Numbered from the stretch's first letter, positions 10,214-21,806 are shown. The stretch: 64,000 bases of DNA from Candidatus Bathyarchaeota archaeon (GCA_963775685.1 CAVZJV010000014.1:704001-768000); one strand, 5' to 3'. Made by a program: numbers and translations. Notes: generated by a model not told the origin, from the letters alone.

Positions 10214-10375
10214 TTAAACCCAGTTTTGCCCAGCTTTCCGCTGCAGAATCACTCGTTTTTCGTAGTTGCGTCGGGTGCGGTTTTTTGGGCTTGGCGAAGT
10301 TCTTTCTCGAGCTTGGATTTTTGGCGTTTGAGAACGAACTTTTCCAGCTTTGGATAGTGAACCGTGAGTTGGCAT
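10214..10375 (-). CDS. rps30e: 30S ribosomal protein eS30 (53 aa, below ORF-track cutoff)
   Basis: Manual translation [53 protein letters not shown]; HGSL.KAGKVR.QTPK is the eS30 signature. Confidence 0.95.
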   Translation of the reverse strand: MPTHGSLSKAGKVRSQTPKIQARERTSPSPKNRTRRNYEKRVILQRKAGQNWV

Positions 10376-10628
10376 ATTTTATACCTTTGGCAGATGAAAG
10401 TGAAACGTTGAACTTAAACCTTTACCCACCCAAAATCACTTCGAAACCAACATGCCACACCACACAGTTATTTTTTCCATACCACCACTATTTAAAAGCA
10501 AAACGAGTTAATCAGAAAAGTCTGTTGTTCTCGAGACCACCCTACTAATCTATAGTTTCAACAGCTAGTTCAACTTCCACTGCCAATGCTCGGCTTAAAC
10601 GGTTTTGTTTAACCGCCTCCGTGAGCTT

Positions 10629-11468
10629 CTATTTCCTTTTAAATTCTCGTCGCACATCTTCAAGTTTTGAGCCAATGATTTCAACATCATCAATTTTGCC
10701 GAGCCCTTTTTTGTGGGCTGTTCGTATGTGGCTAATTTCGTGAGGATCAATGCCCATGGCACGTGCACATGTTGCGTCGGTGGCGACAGGATCCTTGCCT
10801 GCTATAATTAGGTCCATTTTGACTGGGTCTCCGTCGGTAGGTCCTTTGCCCTCCATGGCTACAAAACCGTCAATTACGGTTAGGTTGGGTTTTATGACTG
10901 TGTTTATGTCGACTATAACTTTGCTTATGCCCTTAGCATGGTATTTTGCTTTGAATTTGTCTGGAATAAGCCCGAACATGTTTTTCATGCCCAAAGTAAC
11001 TTTGGTAGCTATGTGTGTTTTCATCTTGGCTGCGCTAATTATCGCGGATTCCGTAACAAAGCGGGGAACGGTTATGGATTTGAGAGTTTCGCAGCTGGGA
11101 ACAGTAAGTTTGACTTTGTCTTTAACGTGACGCAGGTTAAGGCATTCAACACCATATTGTTTGCACATCTCCGCCATGCCTGTGGCTTTGAAAGCTTTAT
11201 CCGCGTTTGTCATGGTTGCGTCGGATTCCACAACGTAGATTTCAACTGGCAAGTTCTTCAACCGTTGAATTATCGCTTCAACAACGATTGGGTCAGTTGT
11301 TGCTCCTGTATCCCAAGTCATAGTTGTTATAAAGTTTACTTTTATCAGAACCTTCTTGAAACCGGTCAAAGCCGATCCATAATCTATCAAATCCAAGGCT
11401 TTAAACACGGGACCAAATCCGCGCTCGCCTTTAACAATTGCCACCGTTGATTTTTCCGTAAAAGACAC
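10629..11468 (-). CDS. DUF362-domain protein
   Basis: VLIKVN, TTDP, KMKTH..TKVTLGMKN.FG, DG..AMEGKGP, DPVATD. Confidence 0.85.
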   Translation of the reverse strand: MSFTEKSTVAIVKGERGFGPVFKALDLIDYGSALTGFKKVLIKVNFITTMTWDTGATTDPIVVEAIIQRLKNLPVEIYVVESDATMTNADKAFKATGMAEMCKQYGVECLNLRHVKDKVKLTVPSCETLKSITVPRFVTESAIISAAKMKTHIATKVTLGMKNMFGLIPDKFKAKYHAKGISKVIVDINTVIKPNLTVIDGFVAMEGKGPTDGDPVKMDLIIAGKDPVATDATCARAMGIDPHEISHIRTAHKKGLGKIDDVEIIGSKLEDVRREFKRK

Positions 11469-11509
11469 CTATTGTTTATGGTTTGAAGGGTGGTTTAAAG
11501 TTTTTATGA

Positions 11510-12391
11510 TTACAGCAGAACCCCAGTGATTAATCCCAAAGCTAAGCCCAGCAAAATAGGGAAAGGCAATCCGGGAAAAATGCCTTTTTTCTCCAGCGCT
11601 AAGAACGTTAAGATGGAGCCTGCGAGGATGCCTGCTATCGCCATTATAGTTGGTAATAAGTTTGGTATGAAGTTAAAGAACACAACACCAATCAGCATCG
11701 AATAGAACACGAGGTCACCTAGCCCCATCTGGATATCCTTAAATGAGAAACTCAAACCCTGCAGTTGATCAAGCCCCGAGGACTGCGCTATCTTGCCAAC
11801 TGGACCTTTATAAACGGCAATGACATCATAGACCGCCAAAAAAACCAAAAGCACAATTGCACTGTAGAGCGGAATAAATTTACCGAAGAAAATACCCAAA
11901 GCACCACCTATTATGACCACTGCAACGTTTCGAGCATTGCTACCTGAGCGAAAGACGGCAAGGTCGAAGAGCACAGTTATGACTACAGATAAGGCAATTA
12001 GCACCAGTATGTCATCAATTATTGGGAAAAACGCTAAAAGCGCCGACAAATAAACCATGGACAGCAATAGCGAGGCAGTAGTCAAGGCAACCACGATTAA
12101 GCCTTTGATGACTTTTTTGTTTTTGCGCTTAATCAGGAAATAAAATAAGGTAGCACTTATTGCTATGAGTATAACAAAGTATAGTGCGTTGCCAACAGGT
12201 GCCCCAGGGGTGGTTTCAGGAATAGGTGTGACTGGAATAGCTTCGGACTGCTGAGGCGCAAGCAGGTATGCGCAGCCTAAGCCGAATAGCAGGCTAGCAA
12301 GTATCGGGACTAAATAAACTATTTGGAACTTGAAGTTATCCTGCTCTTTCTGCAGAGGTTTTTGCGGTTCAGTTTTCAGTTGCTCAGTCAC
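11510..12391 (-). CDS. Presenilin-family (A22) intramembrane aspartyl protease
   Basis: Multiple TM helices; catalytic YD (LAVYDVIAV), GLGD (MGLGDLVFYS), PAL-like PGLP. Confidence 0.9.
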   Translation of the reverse strand: MTEQLKTEPQKPLQKEQDNFKFQIVYLVPILASLLFGLGCAYLLAPQQSEAIPVTPIPETTPGAPVGNALYFVILIAISATLFYFLIKRKNKKVIKGLIVVALTTASLLLSMVYLSALLAFFPIIDDILVLIALSVVITVLFDLAVFRSGSNARNVAVVIIGGALGIFFGKFIPLYSAIVLLVFLAVYDVIAVYKGPVGKIAQSSGLDQLQGLSFSFKDIQMGLGDLVFYSMLIGVVFFNFIPNLLPTIMAIAGILAGSILTFLALEKKGIFPGLPFPILLGLALGLITGVLL

Positions 12392-12396
12392 GTTTC

Positions 12397-12948
12397 TTAC
12401 CCTAAATTGCTAATCGATATCGCCGCTTGCAAATAACATTCGTCACATAACAAGTTTTGCTTCCTGTCCGTGTCAAAAATGGAGTTTGAGAAATGCATAA
12501 CACACATGGAACGGGGACAGTGTCTAACGCCTAAAGTGTGTCCTAACTCGTGAATTGCCTCTTTTTTCGCCCGCAAAAGGTAGACTGAATTGTCTGGTTT
12601 GTCTTTGTAGAACTCAGGTTTTAGCCGCCAAAGCGAAACCAGCGCCGCCACACCCGGAATGTAGGCCTCACCGAACACATAGTTTAAGCCAAAAGCGTAG
12701 ATATCAGCATCTACCACGCCGAGAATGCATTGGAAATCCTGCCTTTTAGCTGCCTGAAGTCGGACCTCATTGAGAATCAACGCGGAGTTGTATTGGCTGC
12801 GTTTTCTGTCAAAGGCAGCCTCGGAAATAGGCAAGGCTTCGTTAATTACAATTGCGGTGGTTTCAGGGTAGGTTCTTGATACGCCTTCGGCTATGGCAGC
12901 CAGAACCTCTGGGGCAACTTGCCCAACCTTTAAAATCCCAACTTTCAT
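12397..12948 (-). CDS. amzA: Archaemetzincin zinc metalloprotease
   Basis: HELGHTLGVRHC...CVMHFSNS...LCDEC; LNYVFGEA; likely start 12948. Confidence 0.92.
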   Translation of the reverse strand: MKVGILKVGQVAPEVLAAIAEGVSRTYPETTAIVINEALPISEAAFDRKRSQYNSALILNEVRLQAAKRQDFQCILGVVDADIYAFGLNYVFGEAYIPGVAALVSLWRLKPEFYKDKPDNSVYLLRAKKEAIHELGHTLGVRHCPRSMCVMHFSNSIFDTDRKQNLLCDECYLQAAISISNLG

Positions 12949-12958
12949 ATTTGACAGC

Positions 12959-14225
12959 CTAAATTTGATAGGTTTCTCCGGTTCTCGGAGCGACAGCATC
13001 TAAGCCCAACTCAGTTTTTGCCCAGTTCGCAAAGAGTTCACAGTTTCCTTCTGCGCCGTGCACCACAAAGACCTTTGGGTTGCCCCCCAGCCTTGTCAAC
13101 GCCTCTTTGAGTTTGCTCGCGCCGCAATGCGACGAGAAATCAAAATGCCGATACTGCGCCTTAATTTTGCGAACTTGCCCATCGATAGTACAGACGCCCT
13201 TCTCCATAAGCTCCCTTCCAGGTGTGCCCGGTATTTGATAGCTGACCAAAAAGACGGCATTATTGGCTTTCTTGCCTAATTTGGAAACATAGAATGCTGC
13301 TGGACCGCCTTTTAGCATGCCTGCAGTTGAAATTATGACGCCAGGAGTTTTGAGGGCTTTGCGTCGGTCTCGCCAGCCTTCCACCCATTCGGCTGAGTGC
13401 ATGGCATTCATGAAGAGTTTGGGGTCTTTGAGAAATTCTTTGTAGTTCATGATGACGCGACTTGCTTCCCGTGCCATGCCATCTAGTGTTACAGGGTAAT
13501 CAAAATGGTGAGCCGCCAATACACGTCGCCATCTCCTGTGAACGCCCCACACCAAAAGAAGGCACAAGAACCGTTCCGCCCGCTTCAACAACATCCGTGC
13601 AGGCTTCAACAAATTGTTTTTCAAGCGTTAAGCGTTCAGTGTGGTCCGCATCTGCATACGTACTTTCTATAACTACCGCGTCTAAATCGCCATAGTCCAT
13701 GGATGCACCTGCTAGCAGTTTGCTGTCCTCCAGATTGAAATCGCCAGTGTAGAGGATACGTTTGCCTTCTGCTTCAATTAGCACTTGCGAGCTACCAGGG
13801 GTATGACCAGCGTTGAACAACTTTATCTTCATATCACCGATGGGTTCTTCAACACCAAAATCCAAGTGCGTGTTACTATGCATCATAGTTTTTAGCTCAA
13901 GGTATTCAAAAGGTAAGTAGTAGCTGGATAGATGGATGAAGTCTTGGACGAGAAGCTGAGTCAATTCCAAGCTGAGTTTGTTGGTGTAGAGGGGTTTTTT
14001 GTCATTGATGTAGAAGATGGGGATGGCACCGGAGTGGTCCAAGTGGCTATGAGTTAAAATCACGGCGTCAACGTCTTTGGGGGGAATATGCATAGGGAAC
14101 CCAGGTTCGTTGTCAAGCATAACCCCGTAATCGCAGACAACCTGAGTTTTCTCTGTCTTAACTGTTATTCCAATTCTGCCGACTTCGCGTGCTCCACCTA
14201 AAAATCCAATTTGCAAACAGACCAA
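12959..14225 (-). CDS. Beta-CASP metallo-beta-lactamase ribonuclease, frameshifted near 13520
   Basis: ORF 13500-14225 has THSHLDH, AGHTPGS, YTGD, IESTY; ORF 12959-13624 supplies AGMLKGG, FSSH, VHG in another frame. Confidence 0.88.
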
Positions 14226-14269
14226 TCCTTACTGTTAACATTTAACGATTAAAAATGAACTAAGCTGTT

Positions 14270-14880
14270 TTAAAAATGTATTGACCCTTGGTTTACCTGC
14301 GCCGAGACCAAGCCCTTCTTTACGCCTTCAAAATTGAGCCGATATCCAGCGAGGCGTCAACCTTATTGTAAACACTGAATAACTCGGACACTTGATGTGC
14401 GTCACTCCCTGCGGTTCCTGGCAAGCCCAAGTTTTTAGCTAATTCTTTTGCCTCGTTGTTTGCGGTTTGGCTGGAGCCGCCGTTTAGGACTTCGATAGCG
14501 TCAACCTTGTAATTTCTGGCACGTTCACCCATACCATACATCCTGAAAGGATGAGCAACAATGGAAACGCCGCCGACAGACCTAGCAAAGTCGACCACAA
14601 CTTCAGGAGTCCAGGGCTTAGGTGGCAACTCGTAAGTGCCTAAAACTACCATATCCCCCTGCTTTGTGCTGATTTCAACACCTGGAATAACCAAAATGTC
14701 AGAGTAAGCCGAAGCCAACTCAACTGTCGCCCTGCAACCCCTCACGGTATCATGGTCAGTGACGGCTGCAACTTTAATGAAAGTGTGAGCTACAAGCATG
14801 TCAACAAGCGTTTTAGGTTGGACAATGGAATCTGCAGAATAAATCGTGTGAATGTGGAAGTCGGCATACAGAGGTTCTAT
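14270..14880 (-). CDS. PHP-domain phosphoesterase; apparent ATA start and C-terminal frameshift
   Basis: In-frame upstream extension LYADFHIHTIYSADS (PHP motif 1), TDHD, GVEIST, AHP, GSDAH; the tail reads on as KKGLVSAQ.. in another frame; 3-prime end approximate. Confidence 0.8.
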
Positions 14881-14956
14881 AGTTACATCTCCATGAATAT
14901 CAAGGGCAAAGATTACTAATATATTTCAGCTACTTGAAGTAAAAAAAGTTTCCGCG

Positions 14957-16596
14957 CTATCTCGTTTCAAGTTTTCCGCTTAAGTGTCCCCGCAAAATAT
15001 CTTCTAAGCAGATGAAAATGTCTCTGCTTCCTTGCACGTTGGCGTCGACAGAATCAAACCTTAAATTAACAGTTTTGCAGGCGTCTGAGCAGGCTCTTTT
15101 GACGGTGTCCTCCAGTGCTTGGGGTCATTTAGCAAAACAACGCTTTTGTAGGTTGATCGTTTGACGTATTCTGCTGTTTGATTAGCTACGTAATCAGCAG
15201 TTTCACAATCGAACGGATGGGCAATTTCGTGTTGAGAAAGTGGATAAACTTCATCGAGCTCCAATGGAACCAAACCAAACGGAGCTGAATAAATGCAGAC
15301 ATGCACCTGAACACAAAGCTCATTTCCCAAGCTTCTGAATAGTTGCCTGATTTTCTTGAACTCGGGTGCTTTGTGGAAGGGTTTATTTCGGGTTTGGGGC
15401 ACAAGCAAAAGCAAACTCGCGTCTTGGGGCGGAGTGTACCGTTCGCTAAGGCGTTTTCGGTAATGGGTTATTTCTGGTCGTAAGAGTCCCACTGAGTCGA
15501 AGTAGAAGAAACCGCTTCTTTTGGAGGTTGGACTGTAGGTTTCGAGTAAATCTTCGTGGGTGCGTAAGCGTTTTAGTGCTGAGAGCAACGCTGGGTGAGC
15601 GTGCAGTCGCATTTCGGTGTGCTCCCAGAGCCTGCCGTCGCGGATAGCTTGTTTGATGCGGCGTAGTTCGGCTATGCAAACGTAAAGGTTGTGTTCAGCC
15701 AGGAAGACTTCTCTTTCTTTGGGTGACCTTAGCTCTAAGCCTCTTGGCGTTTCAGAGGAGCACCTTGGGCAGCTGCATGGGAAATAGTCCAGTTCGTTTA
15801 AGCGCCATGTGCCGTTTTCGGTCATGTACCGGTTTTCCCGTGCATACAATGCGTATGCTGCGGAGTCGAAAAGGTCGCAGCCCAAAGAGACTGCCAGTGA
15901 GAACATGGATGGGTGTCCGGCGCCAAATAAGTGCAGGGGCCGCTCCATTGGGATACCTCTCTTGCAAGTTAATATCATATCAGCCAAGACGTCATAACGG
16001 TAGTTTTCCATGACTTCCGTTGGGCTGCCCAAAGCATGGATTGGAAAAGGTAACTTTCCCATTTCGACTGCTGAATTAGCTACCAAATCAAGGTGTTTTC
16101 CACCCTGCACTGGTCCAACCCACAAGATGTCGTTACGGGTTTTTTCTTTAAAGAACGCTTTGGCGCGCCGCAGGGTTTCTGCCACAGTAACTTCTGCTTG
16201 TTCTTTAGTGACTTTCCAGCCTGTGGGAATGTCGAGGATGGTGGCGATATCACTGCCAATGCCCTCTTGATAAGCAACGATTTCTTTTTGGGAAACGTCA
16301 ACATCGCCGTAAACAAGAATTTGATAAGCTCCTGAATCAGTCATGACTGTGCCGTCATAATTGAGGAACTTGTGCAAACCCAACTCTAAGGGTTTATTGT
16401 CATATCGTTTTTTGATGATGTAAGAGTTAGTTATAACTGCTTGGAAGCCAAAGGTGTCCTTGAGTTTTTGGGGTGGTATAGGTTGGATGCTGGGGTTGAT
16501 GACTGGAAACAAAAGCGGGGTTTCTATTGTGCCACTCTTGGTTTTTAGTTTGCCGATTCTACCAAGTAAATCTTTTTCTTTGATTTCGAAGCTCAA
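14957..16596 (-). CDS. tgtA: Archaeosine tRNA-guanine(15) transglycosylase; probable frameshift near 15110
   Basis: MTDSGAYQ, LDIPT, PVQGG, HLFGAGHP, DLFDSAAY, Zn site CSCPRC; reading continues in a shifted frame to a stop at 14957. Confidence 0.93.
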
Positions 16597-16699
16597 GGTG
16601 AAACCTAAACATGAAACGCTACCCTCTTATAAAAAACATTAGCCTTTAGGCATCCTTATATCGCTTTGTTTCTCTAAATACCCAACGAAGTGCACAGTC

Positions 16700-17449
16700 A
16701 TGGTCTGCTCAATTGACATAAGCAAAAAACCAACATTAAACGATCCAATCCTAATCGAAGGACTACCAGGAATAGGATATGTAGCGAACATCGCAGCCCT
16801 GCATTTAATTAAAGAGCTGAAAGCCATAAGGTTTGTACAAATCTTCTCCTCGTCTTTCCAGGATTTTGCAATAACCACCGGCGATGGTGGAGCCCGAACA
16901 CCAATAAACGAACTCTACTATGCCAAAAGGGATGGGGAACGCGACCTTATCATTTGGTATGGGAACACGCAAGCGCTGACCACTGTTGGGCAGTACGAGT
17001 TAGTTGGGAAAGTACTCGACATCGCTCAAGAATCGGGCTGTCGATTCGTAATTTCCATTGGCGGATTCAAAAAGGATGAAGCGCTACCTGTGCCGGGAAT
17101 CTACAGCACAGCCACCGATTTGGAGACGATGCAGCAGGCGCTTGACCTTGGCACAAAAGTTATGGTTGGACATGTATTTGGCATCGCAGGCTTATCGATT
17201 GGGTTGGCTAGGATTAGGGATATGAAGGGTTTCTCGCTGCTGGTGGATACGCCGGGAATGAACCCTGACGTAAACGCTGCACGCTATGCTTTACTCACAT
17301 TGGGCAAATATCTATACTTGGATATTGATTTATCTGGACTGGAAGCCACGGGCGACGAAATCAAAAAGATGCTTGAGTCTTTCGGCGTTATAAGGAGCAT
17401 TACAGAAGAAAAGAAGAAAGAGGAGCAACAACTCCGCTGGTTCATCTAA
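16700..17449 (+). CDS. PAC2-family proteasome assembly chaperone
   Basis: ILIEGLPGIGYVANIAA, ISIGGF, GIAGL, PDVNAAR. Confidence 0.88.
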   Translation: MVCSIDISKKPTLNDPILIEGLPGIGYVANIAALHLIKELKAIRFVQIFSSSFQDFAITTGDGGARTPINELYYAKRDGERDLIIWYGNTQALTTVGQYELVGKVLDIAQESGCRFVISIGGFKKDEALPVPGIYSTATDLETMQQALDLGTKVMVGHVFGIAGLSIGLARIRDMKGFSLLVDTPGMNPDVNAARYALLTLGKYLYLDIDLSGLEATGDEIKKMLESFGVIRSITEEKKKEEQQLRWFI

Positions 17450-17874
17450 CTTAGGTTTTTGGCTTCGCTTGTGAAAGTATCATAGACTTTCTGGACTCGG
17501 TCAGCGGCTGGTCCTGAACCTTCCACGACTCCGCGTTCAGTTAGTTTCACTTTGTCCATAACCCAGATAAAGCCTTTATCATCATAGAGTTTAACCATAG
17601 TTGGGAAAACTTTTTCTAGTCTATTGGCTAATGCTTTGAGGTCGAAGGGTTTTTCTGCGCTGGAAATGGACATAACGATAGACCCGTTGAGGACTAGGCG
17701 GTTGAGGAGTTTTCCAGACTCGTCTTTTACGTCGGTTAGGCTGAGGCTTAGGTTGTCAGGGTTTATGCCGATGAGTGTTCCGTTGAATATTTTTCCGTTA
17801 GTTGTAACGACAGCGACATTTTTATCGGCTAACGCTGCCACATCAGTGAAATATTTTCTTTGCGCTACAGACAA
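17446..17874 (-). CDS. SmAP3-type Lsm protein with C-terminal extension
   Basis: Sm fold followed by PFDLKALANRLEKVFP...GSGPAADRV domain. Confidence 0.85.
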   Translation of the reverse strand: MSVAQRKYFTDVAALADKNVAVVTTNGKIFNGTLIGINPDNLSLSLTDVKDESGKLLNRLVLNGSIVMSISSAEKPFDLKALANRLEKVFPTMVKLYDDKGFIWVMDKVKLTERGVVEGSGPAADRVQKVYDTFTSEAKNLS

Positions 17875-18320
17875 CTTTTTATTTCTCCTTGATTGTTACA
17901 TGAAATTGCATTACAACTATTTATCTTTAATAGCACCAACCGAAGCGACTAATAAAAAACTACCAAAAAAGCACATTAAAAGTTTTTTAACGTTGGGAGG
18001 GTTGCTCTTGGGTAGGATAACAGAAAGTATTGAAGCTTGGCTACTCAGTGGAATGATGCAATTTTCTCCGACTATATCTCCACCGACAACTATATTGCAA
18101 TAGCTGGAACTCATCAAAGGTAGTGCTTACTCATCAAGACTCTGACCATTTTTTATTTTTACTACATTTATAGCTTACAATTCTCAGTATTCTGAATCCA
18201 TAACCGATTTATTATTAATTCTGCACAGTTATCACAATTTGGGGCATGACTAATACAAATACTTAATCAAGAGTTCGCGGTCGAAGTAGACATTACCAAC
18301 TTAGAACCCTCAGACAAAAA

Positions 18321-21300
18321 ATGTCAATTCATGTTTTGCATGTTGACGACGATTCGTCGGTTCAAAAGATAACAAAGCTGATGCTTTTGGATCTAAACAA
18401 TGGCTTTGAGATTGATTGGGCGTGTTGTGTGGATGAAGGCGTGAAAAAGCTTGCCCTTGGACACTATGATGTTGTGGTTTCTGATTATGAAATGTCCCAA
18501 AAAAATGGCCTCCAGTTTCTGACACAACTACGTGAACAAAAAAAACAATATCCCTTTTATTCTATTTACCGGGAAAGGCAGAGAAGAAGTAGTCATAAAA
18601 GCACTCAATCTAGGTGCAGACGGCTACATCAACAAGCAAGTTAACCCAGAAACAGTCTACGGAGAACTTCAACACCTTATAATAACTAGTTTTGAAAAAA
18701 GAAACACACAAAAAATGCTTTGGCAAAGCGAAGAACGCTTCAAAAAGTTGATAAACAATAGCAAAGATGCCATAATGCTAACCCAAGCTGACGGAGTAAT
18801 TCTATACTTAAGTCCAGCTTGCAAAAATGTTCTAGGCTACGAACCCAGCGAGTTAATAGGAAAAATCCCTTGGATCATTTACCCCGATGATCTTGGAAGA
18901 GTACAAAATGTTTTTCAATCTGCATTATCAAGAAAGGTAAGTGAAACATTAGAATACAGAATTTTAACAAAGCAAGGCGAAACAAAATGGATTAGCCATG
19001 CTTTTTCTCAAATATGGGAAAACGGCATATTAAAGCAAATCGTAAGCAACTTAACAGACATCTCCGAACGTAAGAAAGCTGAAGAAGCAATAGTTCAAAG
19101 CGAGTCTCATTATCGCCTACTAGCAGATAACATACGTGACGTAATTTGGATGATGGATTTAGAAGGTCATTTTACATATGTGAGTCCATCTGCCATACAG
19201 CTAAGCGGCTATACCCCGGAGGAAGTATTGAAACAATCAATAGCCGAAGTTTTAACTCCAAAATCTGCCCGAATAGTTCTTGAAGACTTGCAAAGTTTTT
19301 CGGAAACAGGAGCGCTCCCGTCAAGCTATTATGAATTAGAGCAGCGCTGTAAGGATGGCTCTACTGTTTGGATTGAAATTAATTTTACTGTGCTTCGAAA
19401 CAAAGATTATGAACCCGAATCTTTTCTTGGAGTGACTAGGAACATTACCGAACGCAAAAGAGCGGAAGACAATATTAAGAGTTTAGCCAAATTCCCCAAT
19501 GAAAATCCATCTGCAGTGTTTCGCATAGACAAAAACGGTTTCTTACTATTCGCCAACCCTCAAAGCAAAAAAATTTTAGATTCATTAAAAATTAAAAAAG
19601 GGTATCCCTTTCCTGAGCGATGGCGAAAAACTATAATTGAATCTTTAGAATCCAAGAATCAATTGCATTTAGAAGAAAAGGTAAACGAACGTTTATTCTC
19701 GTTTAGTTTAGTACCTATAGTCTTTGAAGGGTACGTTAACGTTTACGGCTCAGACATCACCGAACGCAAGAAGGTGGAGATAGACCTGCAAAAGAACGAG
19801 GTAAAACTCCGAGCCATTCTAGATGCAACACCGTTCCCCGTAGCCCTAGTTGATACCGATGATGATAAAATTACGTTCTGGAGTAAAAGCGCCCTAAAAC
19901 TTTTCGGACATGTTGCATCAACGAGAAAGGAGTGGTATGAGATAGCGTACCCAGATCCTATTTACCGTGAGTTTGTGATTAATCAATGGAAACTTGCTCT
20001 GGAAAAAGCGCGACTGACTGGACAATGGGTCAATACGGGGGAGTATAATGTTACCTGTCGTGATGGTTCGGTATGTACTTGTGAGCTTTATGCTACATTC
20101 TTGGCAGAAATGCTCATTGTCACGTTCAATGACATAACCGCCCATAAAAAAGCTGAAGAAACACTTAGAGAGTCTGAGGAGAAGTACAGGAAAATGTTCG
20201 AGGGAGCACTTGACGCTATCTTCCTGGCAGATGCTGAAACAGGTACATTGATTGACTGTAACTCAGTAGCATTAGAGTTGGTCGGTCGAGAAAAATCCGA
20301 AATAATTGGTCAACATCAGCGTATCCTTCATCCAATCAATGAACTTGAAGGAGACGAGACAAGAAGTTTCAAACAACACCAGATGCAAGATGGTGTTCTT
20401 GAAACACAAATAATTACGAAAAAGAGAGAAATCAAAGATGTTTCAATTAGATCTAACCACATTATGTTGGGTGGGCGAAAGGTGCTTCAAGGGATATTTA
20501 GAGATACAACTAAAAGAACGATAGCTCAGAGAGCGCTACTTCTATCGGAGGGAAAATATCGTGAAACCACCCAAAATGCCAACATTGGAATCGTAGCATA
20601 TCAACCTGACGGCAAAATAACAATTCTTAACCCAAGAATGCAGAAAATGACAGGGTACACAATTAAAGAAATTCCAAATCTTAACCTATGGTTTAAAAAA
20701 GCTCTACCCGGATGAGATTGAGAAAACAAAAATCGAAGATAAATGGTTCAAACGGCTAAAAGATGTAGGCGAAGTGAAAGAAGGACAAGCTACCATTGTA
20801 ACAAAGCAAGGAGAACAACGTATTTTCTTATTTGACGGTTTTCGTCTTCTCTCGGGAGATTTCATCGCTTTTGCACGAGACATTACTGATCGTATGAAAG
20901 CTGAAGAAGCATTGAAGCAAACGATGGATAAACTGGCATTGGTTAATGAGAAGTTGGGTGTCATTGGCAGTTTGACTAGGCATGATGTTCGAAATAAACT
21001 CTCAGCGTTGTCTGGGTATGCGTATTTACTGAAGAAAAAACACAGTGAGCAGGCGGATATTGTTGAAGGTTCAGGTAAGATGGAGCAAGCTGTTAAAGAT
21101 TCGATGAAGATTTTTGATTTCGCTAAAATGTATGAGCACCTTGGTGCAGAACAACTTACTCAAATAGACGTTGAAGCTAAACTAAACGAGGCAGCCAATC
21201 TGTTTTCTGGTTCACTTCCAAGGATAATAAATGATTGTCAAGGTCTAACATTGCTTGCAGATTCTTTTCTAAGGCAACTATTCTACAACTTCATCGATAA

Positions 21301-21616
21301 CACTCTGAAATATGGGCAAAAAACCACGACCATAAAGGTGCACTACGAAGAGACTGATAAGGACAGCTTAATGTTGGTTTATGAAGATGATGGTGTTGGG
21401 TTGCCTTTTGAGAACAAGGGGTATCTTTTCAAGGAAGGTTTTAGCACTGGTGGCAGCACAGGCTTTGGACTGTTTCTCATTAAGAAAATGATGGACGTCT
21501 ATGGCTGGAAAATAAAGGAAAATGGTGACCCAGGCAAAGGAGCCAAATTTACCTTAATTATTCCGAAACTTGGCAAAAATGGAAGAGAAAACTATCAAAT
21601 TGCCATAAGTAAATAG
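18321..21616 (+). CDS. Hybrid REC-multiPAS-histidine kinase, split by two A-run frameshifts
   Basis: REC (HVDDD, SDYEM, FTGKGREE), several PAS/PAC repeats (DISERKKAEE), H-box RHDVRN, HATPase EDDGVG, GTGFGL; ORFs 18321-18644, 18532-20715, 20774-21616. Confidence 0.88.
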
Positions 21617-21806
21617 AGTGTTTACAAGGACTTCTTCGTTATTTGTAATTTATCGAGATCCTATGTGGCTGGTCCACTTACTATTAGGTGGTGAACTAAT
21701 GATGAAATCAAATGCTCTCGCATCGGAACAATATATTAAATCCAAAGTCTTTCTCGGGGGATTGGGTAAATTATCTTTTATATAAATAGAAAACAAAAAA
21801 ATAGCG

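Noticed and set aside
18060-18150. TGATGAGTTCC (minus strand) as a fluoride riboswitch 3-prime motif
   Set aside because: The required 5-prime GGNGATGG..TTC.CC element and pseudoknot are not present
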